Below are positions 24,160 through 36,105 of a DNA stretch of 40,874 nucleotides, piece after piece (within the stretch, counting starts at the first letter, position 1; each line of letters starts with the position of its first letter). Under the pieces are notes generated by a model. The model made no database searches, was not told where the DNA came from, and saw nothing but the letters and a program-made list of their open reading frames with translations. The position numbers were made by a program, and so were the translations under genes. Origin of the DNA: Saprolegnia diclina VS20 (taxonomy: Eukaryota); contig NW_008246073.1 of assembly GCF_000281045.1 (NCBI RefSeq), forward strand, positions 866,176 to 907,049. The letters run 5' to 3'.

Positions 24160-25395
24160 ATACGAGACCGCGCAGGCCAAAGGATGCAAATGGGCAAATG
24201 CGCCACTTGCGCTCCCAACTGCTGCCACCGTGGGACGATCGGGATTCGTACAGTGTATTTACGGTACAGTGTACGGGACCGTGCCTGTCGTCTGGCATCC
24301 AGTGTATTGGACCAAACAACGCTTGTGTGACCGATCGCGTGCATGCCGTTTGGGTGCTGTCGAGGCGCCAGGATGATGTGCCGACCTTGTGCGCTGACGG
24401 TGCTTCTTAGCCGGGCGCAGTCGTAAGAGGTACGATGCCAATGGGGTCGCCAGTCGAAGTAGCCGCGCTGGCTGGCGCTGGTTGAAGCCAACCAGTCGTG
24501 TCCCACGCGCTGGGTTTCTAATTTTTGCGTGCGACGAGAACGTTTACTTTGATCCGTGCCGTTGGCAACCGTGTCTTTAGGTCGTGCGCCATAAACACGC
24601 CACTTGGCGTCTGTCCATCGCATAGGGCCCTCGAGAAGCGCTTTTATATACCAGTCCAAGACGCGCCTTCCTAGGAGCAGCCACCATTATTAGCAGCAGC
24701 CCAGCTCTTTAAAATGTGCATTTGGCTCAGACCTCTCAACAGCGATGATAGTGTGTTCCATGGTTATCTGCCGCGTTGAAGATGGAAAATACGACCGACA
24801 GCAGCTTCTCGCGGGTTTTTATTCGACCCGAGCGCAATTGCGCCCGTGCTCCTGAACCACCAACGGCGTATAAACCGACTACCAGACCCGATCGTGCGAC
24901 GTAGCGAAGTCGAGATGCCAGAAGAAGAAAGCCCGCGTCTGGTGGCACCCATATCTTCGGGCTGGCTCATTTAATTCATCAAGCCAGGAGCGGGATGATA
25001 GGCCATTTGCCAGGAAGGCCATGTGGAAGCTTGGTCATCATCGATAGCTCACACCATGTCCGTGTCAGCATTCAGCATAAAGTGTCTCCAAAAATGTACA
25101 TTATTGTGTATACCGTTCGATAATCTTTTTTCTTTGAGAAATGGTATGTTTCGGCGTCTCGACGGGCGGCAGCAGCCCGAAAATGACTTGCGTTCTGTAT
25201 GCCCCTATTAAAACAAAGAGTAGACAATAAATGCCATCGCGACACGCCACATCGCACTGGCTCGTTATCGCTTTTGCATCCTACATTAATTCCGTTCGTG
25301 ATAACACTATTTGAGATGCATCCGGCTAAGTACGCGCCGGTATGCCCACAGTGGGAGCCGACGAGGTAATTGACCGACGACCGCGGCTTGCGCAG

Positions 25396-26502
25396 ATGCC
25401 CCGCTACGTCACGCTCCAAGGCCCCGTGCACGGCCCGAGGACCGGTAGCAGCGAGTACCGCGTCGGCGACCACGTCGAGATCGCCGGGCGCAAGGGCGAT
25501 AGCGCCGTCATCTACGTGGCCGAGATCATCGGGCTCCACGCACAGGGCTTCACGGGCAAGTACTACTACTTTCCGTCCGACTTGGACGAGAAGACAATGG
25601 CGCAGTTCCCGACGCACCCGGGCAACCATATTTCGTCGGCGCGCGACACTGACATTGTCGACCTCAAGACGGAAGACAACGAGATCTTTGCGTCGCCGTT
25701 CTCGGGCGATGCGCCGATGGCCGCGATTCTGCAGCGCTGCTACGTCGTGCAAAGCATGCCATTGCACCAGTTCAAGGACGAGCCGCTGCACACGTACTTG
25801 TGCCGGTATGCGTACGCGCCGTCGGCCTTTCCGTCGCCGTTTGTCAAGATCGACGCCGATGACGCCGAGCCCGTCAACTGCCGCCTCGGCCCAAATTATC
25901 AGGCCGATATTCCGCCATTTGAGCCCAAGCCGCTCGATGCAAAGCCGCCGCTCGATGCAAAGCCGCCGCTCAATTCAAAGCCGCCGCAAGCACCACTCAA
26001 CCGCCGGTGGGTGCCGAAGCTCGCGCGGCGCCAGGTCAAAACGTACCTCGCAGTCGCCCATGTCCTCCAGCTCGCGATCGGCAACATTGCGTACGCGTGG
26101 AACCCAAAATCCAAGGAGCAGATCCCCGTCGTGCTCCGAGAGTACCTCCCGATCGACGGCCAATTCCGCGTGACGTTCGTCGACGGCACGGGCGGTGCGA
26201 GCCTCGTGGACGGCGACATGGTGCGCGGTCTCGTCGCGCCGGACGAAGTGCTCTTCGCGCTTCACGACGCCGACTATGACGCAACGAGCGCCCTCCAAAC
26301 GGTGGCCACGTGGATCAGCAAGCGGTCGGTCGACATGGTCAAGGACATGGCCGAGGACTCCGAGTCGGGCGAGTCCGACTCGTCCGCGACGTCGCCCCGT
26401 CAGCACACGGAGCGGCAGACGACGCTGTTGAAGCAGCGGCTAGCAAAACAGCGCCAGCAAGCGCCGCCGCCGACCAAGCGCCAGCGAAAAGTAGACCAGT
26501 AA
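25396..26502 (+). CDS. BAH + ELM2 chromatin protein
   Basis: BAH-like YRVGDHVEI...IYVAEII...YYFPSDL...NEIFAS...ILQRCYV...YLCRYAY; ELM2 start RLGPNYQADIP; DEVLFALHDADYDATSAL. An upstream in-frame ATG at 25342 is possible. Confidence 0.8.
   Translation: MPRYVTLQGPVHGPRTGSSEYRVGDHVEIAGRKGDSAVIYVAEIIGLHAQGFTGKYYYFPSDLDEKTMAQFPTHPGNHISSARDTDIVDLKTEDNEIFASPFSGDAPMAAILQRCYVVQSMPLHQFKDEPLHTYLCRYAYAPSAFPSPFVKIDADDAEPVNCRLGPNYQADIPPFEPKPLDAKPPLDAKPPLNSKPPQAPLNRRWVPKLARRQVKTYLAVAHVLQLAIGNIAYAWNPKSKEQIPVVLREYLPIDGQFRVTFVDGTGGASLVDGDMVRGLVAPDEVLFALHDADYDATSALQTVATWISKRSVDMVKDMAEDSESGESDSSATSPRQHTERQTTLLKQRLAKQRQQAPPPTKRQRKVDQ
25927..25986 (+). repeat. In-frame 18-bp tandem repeat encoding KPPLDA-like units
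   Basis: aagccgctcgatgca aagccgccgctcgatgca aagccgccgctcaattca aagccgccg. Confidence 0.8.
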
Positions 26503-26537
26503 CACGAGATGCACCACGCACAGAACTGTGTTGGGTG

Positions 26538-28626
26538 TTATGAGACATGGCGGGCTACCCCGAGTGGCGGGAGCGTCACGAGGTCGACGTCGCGCCAGAC
26601 GCGACGGTCGTCGTTCGCAGTATCGTCGGTAGCTCTTGCGGTGCGGCGCGTGACAGCGTCGTAGGCCCACACCAACCGCCGTAGCGGGTCGTACATTTCG
26701 AGCGACGAGAAATACTGCAGCGCCGAGACCTGCGCGGACGTCATGCGCAGCTGCTGGAACGATTGATTCGAGAGGAGTGTGCAGAGCTCGGCCTCGCTAA
26801 ACGCACGCAACTTTGTGACAAAGTTGACTTGGGCAAACGCCGAGAGCGCGCTAAAGTCAAACGTGGCGAGCGCCTTTTGTATCAGTGATGAGTGCGTGCA
26901 AATAGCCGACCGAGCGCACCTGCTGGACGTTGCGGAGCGCGCGATTCGCATTGACAAGCGCCTGCAGACGTTCGACGTGGCTCGCGTACCGGCTGTGCTC
27001 AGGCGGCTCCAGGACAAGCGAGGAAAGCACTGCATTTTGCTCCAACGCTTCGACGAGGCGGCGCCAGCCCACCTCCTTGATGCTTGGGTTCTCCGACAAG
27101 CTACATCATGGATGATCGTCTCACTTTGCACATAACAAAAGTGTATGTCTACGTGAGCGTCGTCAGCGTCGAGTTGCGAAGCAAAGCGTCCGCGAGGCAG
27201 GCGCACGCGTTGCAGTTCAGTCCTGCTTGACGCAGACTAGTTCCATGTCAGATGCCGCATTGCCAGAGCCCGCGCTTTACCACAGGTCGCGCAGAGGGGG
27301 GTTGAAGTGCAAGGCGCGCGCGAGATGCGAGAGCCCCGAGGATCCAATGTTGTTGCCACTCAGATCGATGCGCGTGATGCTGTCGTTCACGCGCAGAATC
27401 GCACTGAGCTTCATGGCGCTGTCGTAGTCGAGGTCGTTGGCCGCCAGGCTACGCGCGTTCTGTATACTCCATTCAAAAACAAAACTCAAGAGCCCTACAC
27501 GAGCGTCTGCAGTGTGTGCGAGCCGCGAAGCACTTCGCAGAGCGCGTCGACGCCGTCGTGGCACACGTGGTTGGCGACGTTGTGCGTCACGTCGTTCTTG
27601 CTCAGCGAGAGCAGCGTCACCTGAGACGTGGTCGCGAGCAGCCCGGATGCGAGCAGCACGAGGCCGTCGCTCCGAAGGCGCGTGTCGTCCATGCTACACG
27701 CCTGTTTATACAAAATGCGCTTGGAGCTTGCGTACTAGAGATGCTGGAGCTTCTTGAGGGCCATGAGCGCCGACGAAAGTGATTCGATGCCGCCAAAGAG
27801 AACACCTTTGACGCCCGTGAGCGGGTTCTCCGAGAGGTCGAGCACCTATCGCAGTGTCGACGCCATTGTATTCTTGAGGTCATCGAGCTGGTACTTGAAC
27901 GGAAGCTTTGCAGCGCGCCTCCAGAAGCGCGCCAATCGCAGCGAGGTCCATGTGGTCGCAGCCTGTGCTGCGCCAATCCACGCGCTTCGCCTTCAATCGG
28001 GACGTGGGAAGGACGAGGTGCGAGGCCTGGAACGACTCAAGACGCGACGAGCACGCTTTGGCGAGCCGCACAATCTGCGCTGGCACGAGCTTGGCATTGG
28101 CGATACTTTGGTTTGGTATGAGATCACATGGGAGGATGATGGTCGTACTTGAGAGCAACGACGGGACAGGACGGCGTCACCAAGTACGCGAGAAGCGAGG
28201 TCACCAAGGCGTCGCAGAGACCAATGTTGGAGAGGTCCAGCGTCCGTTTATCTGGTGCGTCGGCGAGCGCTGCGATCCGCTTGAGCATCGCGTCACCGCA
28301 CGAGAGACCAAAGCCGCCGTTGCGGAACACCGCCTTGGCATCAAGCACGAAGAGCAAGAGCTTGTCGGTGGTGCTGCTTCGGCGCTCCTCTTCAATAAGC
28401 AGCTTTGCTTCTTCAAGTTGGCTGTCGCTCACACCACGGCCAAGTGCCTTGACACTAATACATCAATATATAGTGGGAGAGGCCTGTGGCAAGAATGCGC
28501 AACGCACCGGCCTTCCGCCCGATGTCGCTCGACCGGCTCGATCGATGCCAAGAGAAGGCAGCCGCGCGTGCCGAGGATCGAGCGCATCTTGCCCGAGAGC
28601 GGTCGGGCGGTAGGTGCGTCCGGCAT
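26538..28626 (-). CDS. RNI-type leucine-rich repeat protein (NLRC3/CARMIL-like LRRs), multi-exon
   Basis: LDLSNIGLCD, LDLSENPL, LSLSKNDV, LRVNDSITRIDLSGNNIGSSGLSHLARALHFNPPLRDL and LSENPSIKEVGWRRLVEALEQN. Start codon is uncertain. Confidence 0.75.
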
Positions 28627-28871
28627 CACAAGAAAGGCAGCGGCGGTTTCAAGCATGTGGCGCCAACTCACATGCACCTCGCAGACGTCGAAGAAGGCGA
28701 CAACAGAGCAATGTCAGGCAGATGCAAAGAATGGCAGTGTCCTGTACTATGCCTTTGGTACTTTAGTAGGTATTGGCACCCTGCCTCGGGCTCACGACCA
28801 TGGTGCGGACGTTAGTTGCGTGCGATTAGCCACATGGTCCATCGGTTTCGAGCTGGGTTCAACCACCAAGC

Positions 28872-30490
28872 ATGACGGACGACCATGACGTTGGCGCCTT
28901 TGTGCTCTTGCTCGTGCAGGACTTTCTCAAAGCGTCAAGCCTCCACAGTACCCACCGTGCCTTTGTCCAGGAACTCCAGAGCCTGGAGCGGCCGTCGCCT
29001 TCGGCCAGCGTCTGGTACCACATGCTCGACGTGGCGGGGCTGCCCGCGCTTCAAGACAGCTTGTACCGCGAGAAGCCGCCGTCCTTCTTGCATGTTCTTG
29101 TCGAGTTTGCGATTTCAGAGCGCGAGAAGCGGCGGCGGGCAGCCGGTCCCGTGCTCGTCCAAGTGGCCGGTGGCTTGCGGCCCAAGTCGGCCTTCGCAGC
29201 GTCCACACCACAGCTGCCAACGTACTCCAAGATCGATACCACCACCAACAACAGCAACAGTAGCAAAAGCAACAACAACAACAACAACAACGACAACAAA
29301 AACAGCAGCAACAACACCAACAACAATCAAGACGAAGAGAGGCGGGCGGCGCGCCTCGCTCGCGCCTCGGCCTCTCTCTTGACGCTCAAGCCACGCCAAG
29401 CCAGCGCCGCGTCGCAACCGAGGCGCATGGTCAAGAACGACGTGGGCGGGCGCAGTAGTAGTAGTGTCGACGAGAACGGCGTGCCCGCGCCCCGGAGCCC
29501 GGCCTTGGAGCGCATCCGGCGCCTCTCCAAGGTCGCGACGACGACCGGTATCTTTACATTGCCGCAGATCGTGACGCTCCACGACGACAAGTCGATCGCT
29601 CCCGAGTCCAAGGAGGACGACGCGAACGCGGGCTCGCACGAAAAGTGGATTCCAGAGCACAAGCGCGTGTACCGGCTTCGTCGGCAGCTCCTCGAGATGC
29701 ACGTGGACCTCAAGGCCCAAGAGACGTTTGAGAAAGCCAAGTACTTTCAGCAGTTTGGCAAGCCGCCCGTCGTCGGGCCCGACGAGCGCGTCCCCGTTGC
29801 ATGCAAACTGTGCTTGGCCATCTTCCCGAAATGCAATCTCGTGCTCGACATCCCGTACAAGATCATCATGGACCTGCGGCGACGCTGGGATGCGACCATG
29901 AAGGAGCTCAACCCGAGCCTGGCGCGGCCACCCGCGTGCTACGACTGCGTCAAGGTCTGCGCCTTCTGCGCCCAGCTCGTCCAGCACGCGCACGAGCAAG
30001 AGAGTGTACGCTGCTGCGCTTTCGCCGTCGTCTTCCGCTGCATGATTGTAATATGGTGTATGGTGCGTAGGAAAAGCCAGACAAGGTCAAGACCAAAATG
30101 AAACGAGCGGCTGTGGTTGACGTGGCGCGCCGCCCGTCGATCGGCGTGCCAAGCGGAGCGGACCCACCGTGCACGGACCCGTACGCACTGGACCCGTACT
30201 TTTCCGAGTCGAGCAGCTCGGACGACGAGGCGAAGGATCGGTACATCATTGGCGCGCTTCCAGACGACGACGAAGCGCGGCTTGTGAAAGGCGAGGTCGG
30301 GCGGCAGCTGCGGTACGGTGTCCAGCACGAGCGCACGCACCGCAATCTGAACCGCGGCGAGTGGGGCGTCATCATGGGCGACTCGGAGCCGCGGGGGCAC
30401 ATCTTCAAGCACAACTCGCTGGTAACGGGCGAGCGCACGCTTGCGCCGTCGCTGCGCACGATCTTAAACGACAGCCGCCACGGTTCGTGA
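28872..30490 (+). CDS. LisH-like N-terminus, poly-Asn tract and CxxC...CxxC putative zinc-binding domain; 2 exons
   Basis: LLLVQDFLKASSLHSTHRAFVQE (LisH-like); CKLC...YKIIMDLRRRWD...CYDCVKVCAFCAQ. Intron 30006-30070 joins in frame to the 30098..30490 ORF. Confidence 0.7.
29240..29329 (+). repeat. (AAC)n-rich coding microsatellite giving an Asn-rich tract
   Basis: Encodes TTTNNSNSSKSNNNNNNNDNKNSSNNTNNNQ. Confidence 0.9.
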
Positions 30491-30574
30491 TCAAATACAT
30501 ACACTATTCGGGAAATAGGTGGAAATACAAACGAAAACGACGCCGTTCGTGGGCGGAGGCGACCGCAAGTCGTC

Positions 30575-31075
30575 TTACTTCTTGGCCTTCTTGACCTTCT
30601 CGACGGTCTCGCCCTTCTTGGCCTTGTATGCGTCGCTGAGCTTCTTGGCCTCGGCTTGGAATTTCTATTCGCATTAATTTCATGAGCACAAATGCAGCAC
30701 ACAAGGTAGGAAGCGGACCTCCTTCTTGGCCGCCGAGAGCTTCTTCCATCGGGCGCCGAGCTCGACGGCAACTTCCTTGATGTTGAAGTCGGGGTGCTCG
30801 ACCTTGAGGGCCGGGCGCTCCTCAGCCATGAAGAGGAAGTACGCGGTCTGCGGGCGCTTCTCCTTGGGCGTGCCATCCTCGTTCTCCTTGCCAGCCTTGC
30901 GCTTCATGCCCTTGGCGGCCTTGGACGCGGGGACCTTGGCCTTCTTGGCAGCGGCCTTCTTCGGCTTCTTCGGGGACTCTTCCTCCGACTCGGACGCGGA
31001 CGCGCTCGGCGATCCCGTCGACGTCGGGTCGAAGCGCTGGACCTTGGCGATCGTACGGCCACTGCGGGTGCTCAT
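30575..31075 (-). CDS. Single HMG-box protein with Lys/Ala-rich N-terminal region
   Basis: KRPQTAYFLFMAEERPALKVEHPDFNIKEVAVELGARWKKLSAAKKE|KFQAEAKKLSDAYK; intron 30718-30665. Confidence 0.92.
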
Positions 31076-31164
31076 GCTCGGCTGCTGCTCTCTTGCGGTT
31101 TGACGTTCGAAGTTTTTTCAAACTTTTAAACCATCGCCAGCGCCTCACATTCGAGAGAAAGAAA

Positions 31165-31314
31165 TGTGATTGGTGGAAATCTCGCTTGAAATGGTACACA
31201 CCCCGTCACGCGCCAATCATACGGCTTAAACGACCTTGAAGGTGTCGATGATTGGCCAGAGCTCTTGATGGGGAAAGCACGTGGTGGAAGATTGGGCCGT
31301 TTGAATATGATTGG
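31165..31314. promoter_or_regulatory. Five CCAAT boxes upstream of the HMG-box gene
   Basis: ATTGG/CCAAT at 31169, 31213, 31251, 31291 and 31310. Confidence 0.65.
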
Positions 31315-33873
31315 TCGGTTCGAAAAACCGAGGCAAAAAGCTCCAAGATCGCGAGCGCGGGCGGCCCTCGCGAGATCGGAAAAGAGGAAGATATCATAAT
31401 GATTCACAAAATGTACGATACGAGCTCCAACTTCTGGGATGGAAATACATGTGGAAGGATCCGTACTGGGACATGCACCGTCTACACAGCAAGCTGGCTT
31501 TCGAGCACATTGTGCGCCGCTGCCTGCCATGTAACTCGCCGCTTGCGACATTGGCACGTCCGCCCTTGCGACAGGGCGACGTCGTCGGATCGTGATACCA
31601 GTCTTCCAGTCCTTGGTCGGAAAAAGGTCCTACTACTCTGCCTACTCCACTGTTGCTGCCTCTAGACGATGAGTCGAGATCGCTCCACGAAGCATTTCCG
31701 AGACAGATCGAGACCGGGGACACGACCGACAACGACCCTGCCTTGCGATGATGGAGGCGCCATCCAAGTCCACGATTTCGAAAGATTGCGTATGTCGTTC
31801 ATGGATGCAGGCAGCGCTAGTAGGTAGAAGGAGGAGCGAGCTGCGACTACGAGACGACGTCCTTGCCCCAGTTATTTGGAAAACGGGCTGCAAGGCATGT
31901 CGGTGCAACAAAAGTGGTACTAGTACTCAGGTCGTCTCGAGTCCAGGAACGTCGAGGGCTCACGTGGCATCAACATCCAGGCGGCCCCCACACAATGCAG
32001 GGCATCATAGAGGTATATTGCCAGTCGTGTCCGCTTCTTTCATCTCCAAACGAACCGTACAGTCGTGTCGTACTGTATTCTGGCCCATTCGCAACGGCAT
32101 GGATTCCCTGACCTGATGACCTCGACATGTACCAGCGCACGATAACGTCAAGCGAGCATGGTCTCGGCGGAACCACGAGCGTCCAACTTCGCGACTCAAG
32201 CCCACCGAGCAATGTTGATGTACTTTGAGTATGGTTGAGCACGTGCTCGAGCTCGAGCTAATGCGTCTGTACTGCCTTGACACATGAGCATCGCCCGGAA
32301 CGCGTCGACTTGTCCCTTGGACTTACACTCGGCTTCCTTTAAGCTCGACTCGGACTTGAGAATGTCTTGTTGCGCGAGTTCCTTCATGGCCGTGGCTTGG
32401 ACCTGTGCACTCGCCACTCGGAGCTCATCGCACTCAGGTCGTTTTAACCGGAAAAAACTGATCGGTGGTCCTGGGTGGTATGGCAGAGCTGCTTTAGTGA
32501 TGGAATGCCAGTGCCGTGCAACTTCATTCCACTCGATGCGATCTTAGTCGATTCTGGGACTGAGTGAGTAGACAAGAATGACGTGTAGTACATATTGGCA
32601 TCACGACAGGTATTCAACTGTGCAAGTTGACCAAGGTCAAAAATGCAAAACGCAAGTGTGTTGAGAGTTGTGCAGTAAGTGCCTTGAGCCTCCACGACTC
32701 TCGTACTAGTAGTGCGAGTAATGCTTCCAATTTGGAAACATTGTACTACGCAGTAGTTGTCCAAGAAGGACTGCTGAGTAAACTTGTGATGAACCACCGA
32801 CACTAGAAACTCTCCTGCGCCCAAGTTGCTGCATGCGTTCTGAAGTTATTACACTGTACACGGATCCTGGAGCTGAGAATCGACATGATGTGCTAAAAAG
32901 GCAGCAACGGTTGAATACCAGCTCGCGATGGCGCCCTTTTAGACTTCCTCATTTGTGTTACGTGAAAGCACTGGGCATCGATTGGAATCGACGCACCGCC
33001 TCCTGCCGTGCAGCTCGCATCACGATGTATACATCCTCTGTCTGCAAGTTTGATTCTGCCTTGGCATATACCGCCGGGTACCAAACGGGTGCTTCTATCG
33101 GTACATATTCGGAGAGATGGCTCGAGTGGAGACGCTTCGCGAGAAGCGCAGTTGGCCACCAGCAATGTGGTAATGTGGTGTACGCTGTAAGCTTGAATGC
33201 TCACGGTGGGAATAACATTGCGAGTGCCAAACCATCCATGTTCCCTACCGGAGCATCAAGAGGCCTATAAGATCTCTGCACGTTACCAGTGCAACACACC
33301 CGCGAAAGCACGCACTGACCCTTGATCCATAACAAACATCCTTCTTCGACTGGAAAGGCTATACAGTGATGCGTGTCGAGATGCGGTACGGCCCGATTGG
33401 GTGGATGCCTGCACTTGGCGCCGTACTATGATTCTCATCCATGACCGCTCGCCTTGTGAAGGAGGACAAGAGTACGAGTACGAGCGTAGCAACATCGCGC
33501 ACGAACATCTAGTTGTAGTCTACGCCTCTCAAACACGCACGAGACGGGACAACTCGTCCCATCCAAGAGAACAACATGCAAGCTCTCACGCTCACAGTTA
33601 TCGTTGGACACGGTGTCCGGTCCATTGGCCTTTCTCTCCAGCCTACCGCGCGAACCTATCGCGCCAGTAGAGCGCTAGTACTACACCGCATCGCATCTCG
33701 TCCGTCGCCACGACGCATCTCCGCCTCCATGCTCGGTCCAACTGCGCGTCGTGGCCATGCACAACGCACGTTGAAGTTGGCCTGGCACCGTATCCGTCCT
33801 GTCCGGATACCGCGCCGCGCATTAAAATAAATGGCAGCGTTTTCACCACTCGCTGAATGACGGGCGGCGACGT

Positions 33874-33953
33874 TGTGATTGGTGGAGGCCGGCTTCGAAT
33901 TTATTTCAGCCAATCACGTGCGGCACAACGCGGCGCGCGGGGTCGTTGATTGG
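33874..33953. promoter_or_regulatory. Three CCAAT boxes upstream of EF1-alpha
   Basis: TGATTGG at ~33876, GCCAATCA at ~33909 and TGATTGGCTG at ~33947. Confidence 0.65.
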
Positions 33954-34028
33954 CTGCAGGGGTCGGGGTAAAAGAAGTGGAGGCGACGCCATCCATTGAT
34001 TTGCGGCTGTGAGCCACCGTCTCGAGGA

Positions 34029-34044
34029 GCTCATTCTCAATTTC
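34029..34044 (+). promoter_or_regulatory. Oomycete Inr/FPR core promoter element
   Basis: GCTCATTCTCAATTTC fits the oomycete GCTCATTYBNNNWTTY consensus and ends 19 nt before the EF1-alpha ATG. Confidence 0.85.
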
Positions 34045-34063
34045 CCTTTGAAGAACCCACAAG

Positions 34064-35392
34064 ATGCCCAAGGAAAAGATCCACATCTCGCTCGTCGTCA
34101 TCGGTCACGTCGATGCCGGTAAGTCGACGACGACCGGCCACTTGATCTACAAGTGCGGCGGTATCGACAAGCGTACGATCGAGAAGTTCGAGAAGGAGGC
34201 CCTCGAGCTCGGCAAGTCGTCGTTCAAGTACGCCTGGGTCCTCGACAACCTCAAGGCCGAGCGCGAACGTGGTATCACGATCGACATTGCCCTCTGGAAG
34301 TTCGAGTCGCCCAAGTACTTCTTCACGGTCATTGACGCCCCGGGTCACCGCGATTTCATCAAGAACATGATCACGGGTACCTCGCAGGCCGATTGCGCCA
34401 TCCTCGTCGTCGCCTCGGGCGTCGGTGAGTTCGAGGCCGGTATCTCCAAGGAGGGCCAGACGCGCGAGCACGCGCTCCTCGCCTTCACGCTCGGTGTGCG
34501 CCAGATGATCGTCGCCATCAACAAGATGGACGACTCGTCGGTCATGTACGGCCAGGCCCGTTACGAGGAAATCAAGGAGGAAGTCTCGAACTACCTCAAG
34601 AAGGTCGGCTACAAGCCCGCCAAGGTCCCGTTCGTCCCGATCTCGGGCTGGGAGGGCGACAACATGATCGAGAAGTCCGGCAACATGCCCTGGTACAAGG
34701 GCCCGTGCCTCCTCGAAGCGCTTGACAACCTCAACCCCCCCAAGCGCCCCACCGACAAGGCCCTCCGCCTCCCGCTCCAGGATGTTTACAAGATTGGCGG
34801 TATTGGCACGGTCCCGGTCGGCCGTGTCGAGACGGGTGTCCTCAAGCCCGGCATGGTCGTCCAGTTCGGCCCCGTCGGCCTCCAGACGGAAGTCAAGTCG
34901 GTCGAGATGCACCACGAGTCGCTCCCCGAGGCTGTCCCGGGTGACAACGTCGGCTTCAACGTCAAGAACGTGTCGGTCAAGGAACTCCGCCGTGGTTACG
35001 TCGCTTCGGACTCGAAGAACGACCCCGCCAAGGGCACGGAGAACTTCACCGCCCAGGTGATTGTCCTCAACCACCCCGGCCAAATCGGCAACGGCTACTC
35101 GCCGGTGCTCGATTGCCACACGGCCCACGTCGCCTGCAAGTTCAAGGAGATCACGCAGAAGATGGATCGCCGTTCGGGTAAGGTCCTCGAAGAGAACCCC
35201 AAGTTCGTCAAGTCGGGTGATGCCTGCATGGTCATCCTCGAGCCCACGAAGCCCATGACGGTCGAGTCGTTCCAGGAGTACCCGCCCCTCGGTCGTTTCG
35301 CCGTCCGTGATATGCGCCAGACGGTCGCCGTCGGTGTCATCCACAGCGTCATCAAGAAGGAGGCTGCCGGCAAGGGCGGCAAGAAGAAGTAA
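34064..35392 (+). CDS. EF1A: Translation elongation factor 1-alpha
   Basis: Intronless 442 aa; [53 protein letters not shown]; strong codon bias. Confidence 0.99.
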   Translation: MPKEKIHISLVVIGHVDAGKSTTTGHLIYKCGGIDKRTIEKFEKEALELGKSSFKYAWVLDNLKAERERGITIDIALWKFESPKYFFTVIDAPGHRDFIKNMITGTSQADCAILVVASGVGEFEAGISKEGQTREHALLAFTLGVRQMIVAINKMDDSSVMYGQARYEEIKEEVSNYLKKVGYKPAKVPFVPISGWEGDNMIEKSGNMPWYKGPCLLEALDNLNPPKRPTDKALRLPLQDVYKIGGIGTVPVGRVETGVLKPGMVVQFGPVGLQTEVKSVEMHHESLPEAVPGDNVGFNVKNVSVKELRRGYVASDSKNDPAKGTENFTAQVIVLNHPGQIGNGYSPVLDCHTAHVACKFKEITQKMDRRSGKVLEENPKFVKSGDACMVILEPTKPMTVESFQEYPPLGRFAVRDMRQTVAVGVIHSVIKKEAAGKGGKKK

Positions 35393-35752
35393 ATTGTACC
35401 CCGTGCACTTGCTACCTTCGTCCTTTGGCCTTGAAAGAGTATATTGAGATAAATCATTTTGCCTTATTCTTTCATCTCCTCTTCTCCTACGCATGCAGAA
35501 TCTCCTGGCATCAGCAGCCTTCATGATGCTTGCGACCCTACTCTTACGTCGCAGTCGAGCCGAGCCCTCTTTTCGCATGCAAGCAATAGGCTATCTGTGA
35601 CTGTGGCGAAAGGCGGATCTTATGCATCTTATCCCGGTCGTGCCAATGTCCAGGGCGAACGTCAGTGGACGTCGGGGGCCTCAGTCACTACACCTTCATG
35701 TCCTCCATACCTCCTACGCGTATACGCTCGTCTCGCCTGCCAGCACGGCCTC

Positions 35753-35820
35753 GTTCTCGGCCGTTCTCCATCAGCATGATCCTGGCGTCCTCGGGCGTTC
35801 TCCATCAGCATGATCCTGGC
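35753..35820 (+). repeat. 34-bp tandem duplication
   Basis: gttctcggccgttctccatcagcatgatcctggc / gtcctcgggcgttctccatcagcatgatcctggc (2 mismatches). Confidence 0.9.
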
Positions 35821-36105
35821 CTGGTTCCAACAACCGCTTTTCGTCCTCGCGCCAAATGTTGGTAATGGGCCAATCCCGTGTCGACAGAGGATCACTTTTC
35901 CACCAATCATGGATGCGCTTGGATCGGAATAAAAATACACTGGGCGAATACAAAAAGCAAGGCGATTTTGAACCGCGTCGTCCAAAGGTGATTGGCACGT
36001 GAAGGTCGCAAGATGCTTCGAAGTCGCCGGGTGCTGCAAAATCCGCTTCTGCTGACCCGTCCGCGCCTCGCCGCAAGCGTCCACGTCATCTCCGATCTTA
36101 GCGCG

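Noticed and set aside
34037..35578. 513-aa antisense ORF over EF1-alpha (similarly 21422..22549, 36568..37842, 5929..7068, 39351..40280)
   Set aside because: Shadow ORFs caused by strong GC3 codon bias on the coding strand.
35753..35820. Direct repeats as a possible CRISPR array
   Set aside because: Only two abutting units with no spacers, in a eukaryotic context with no cas genes.
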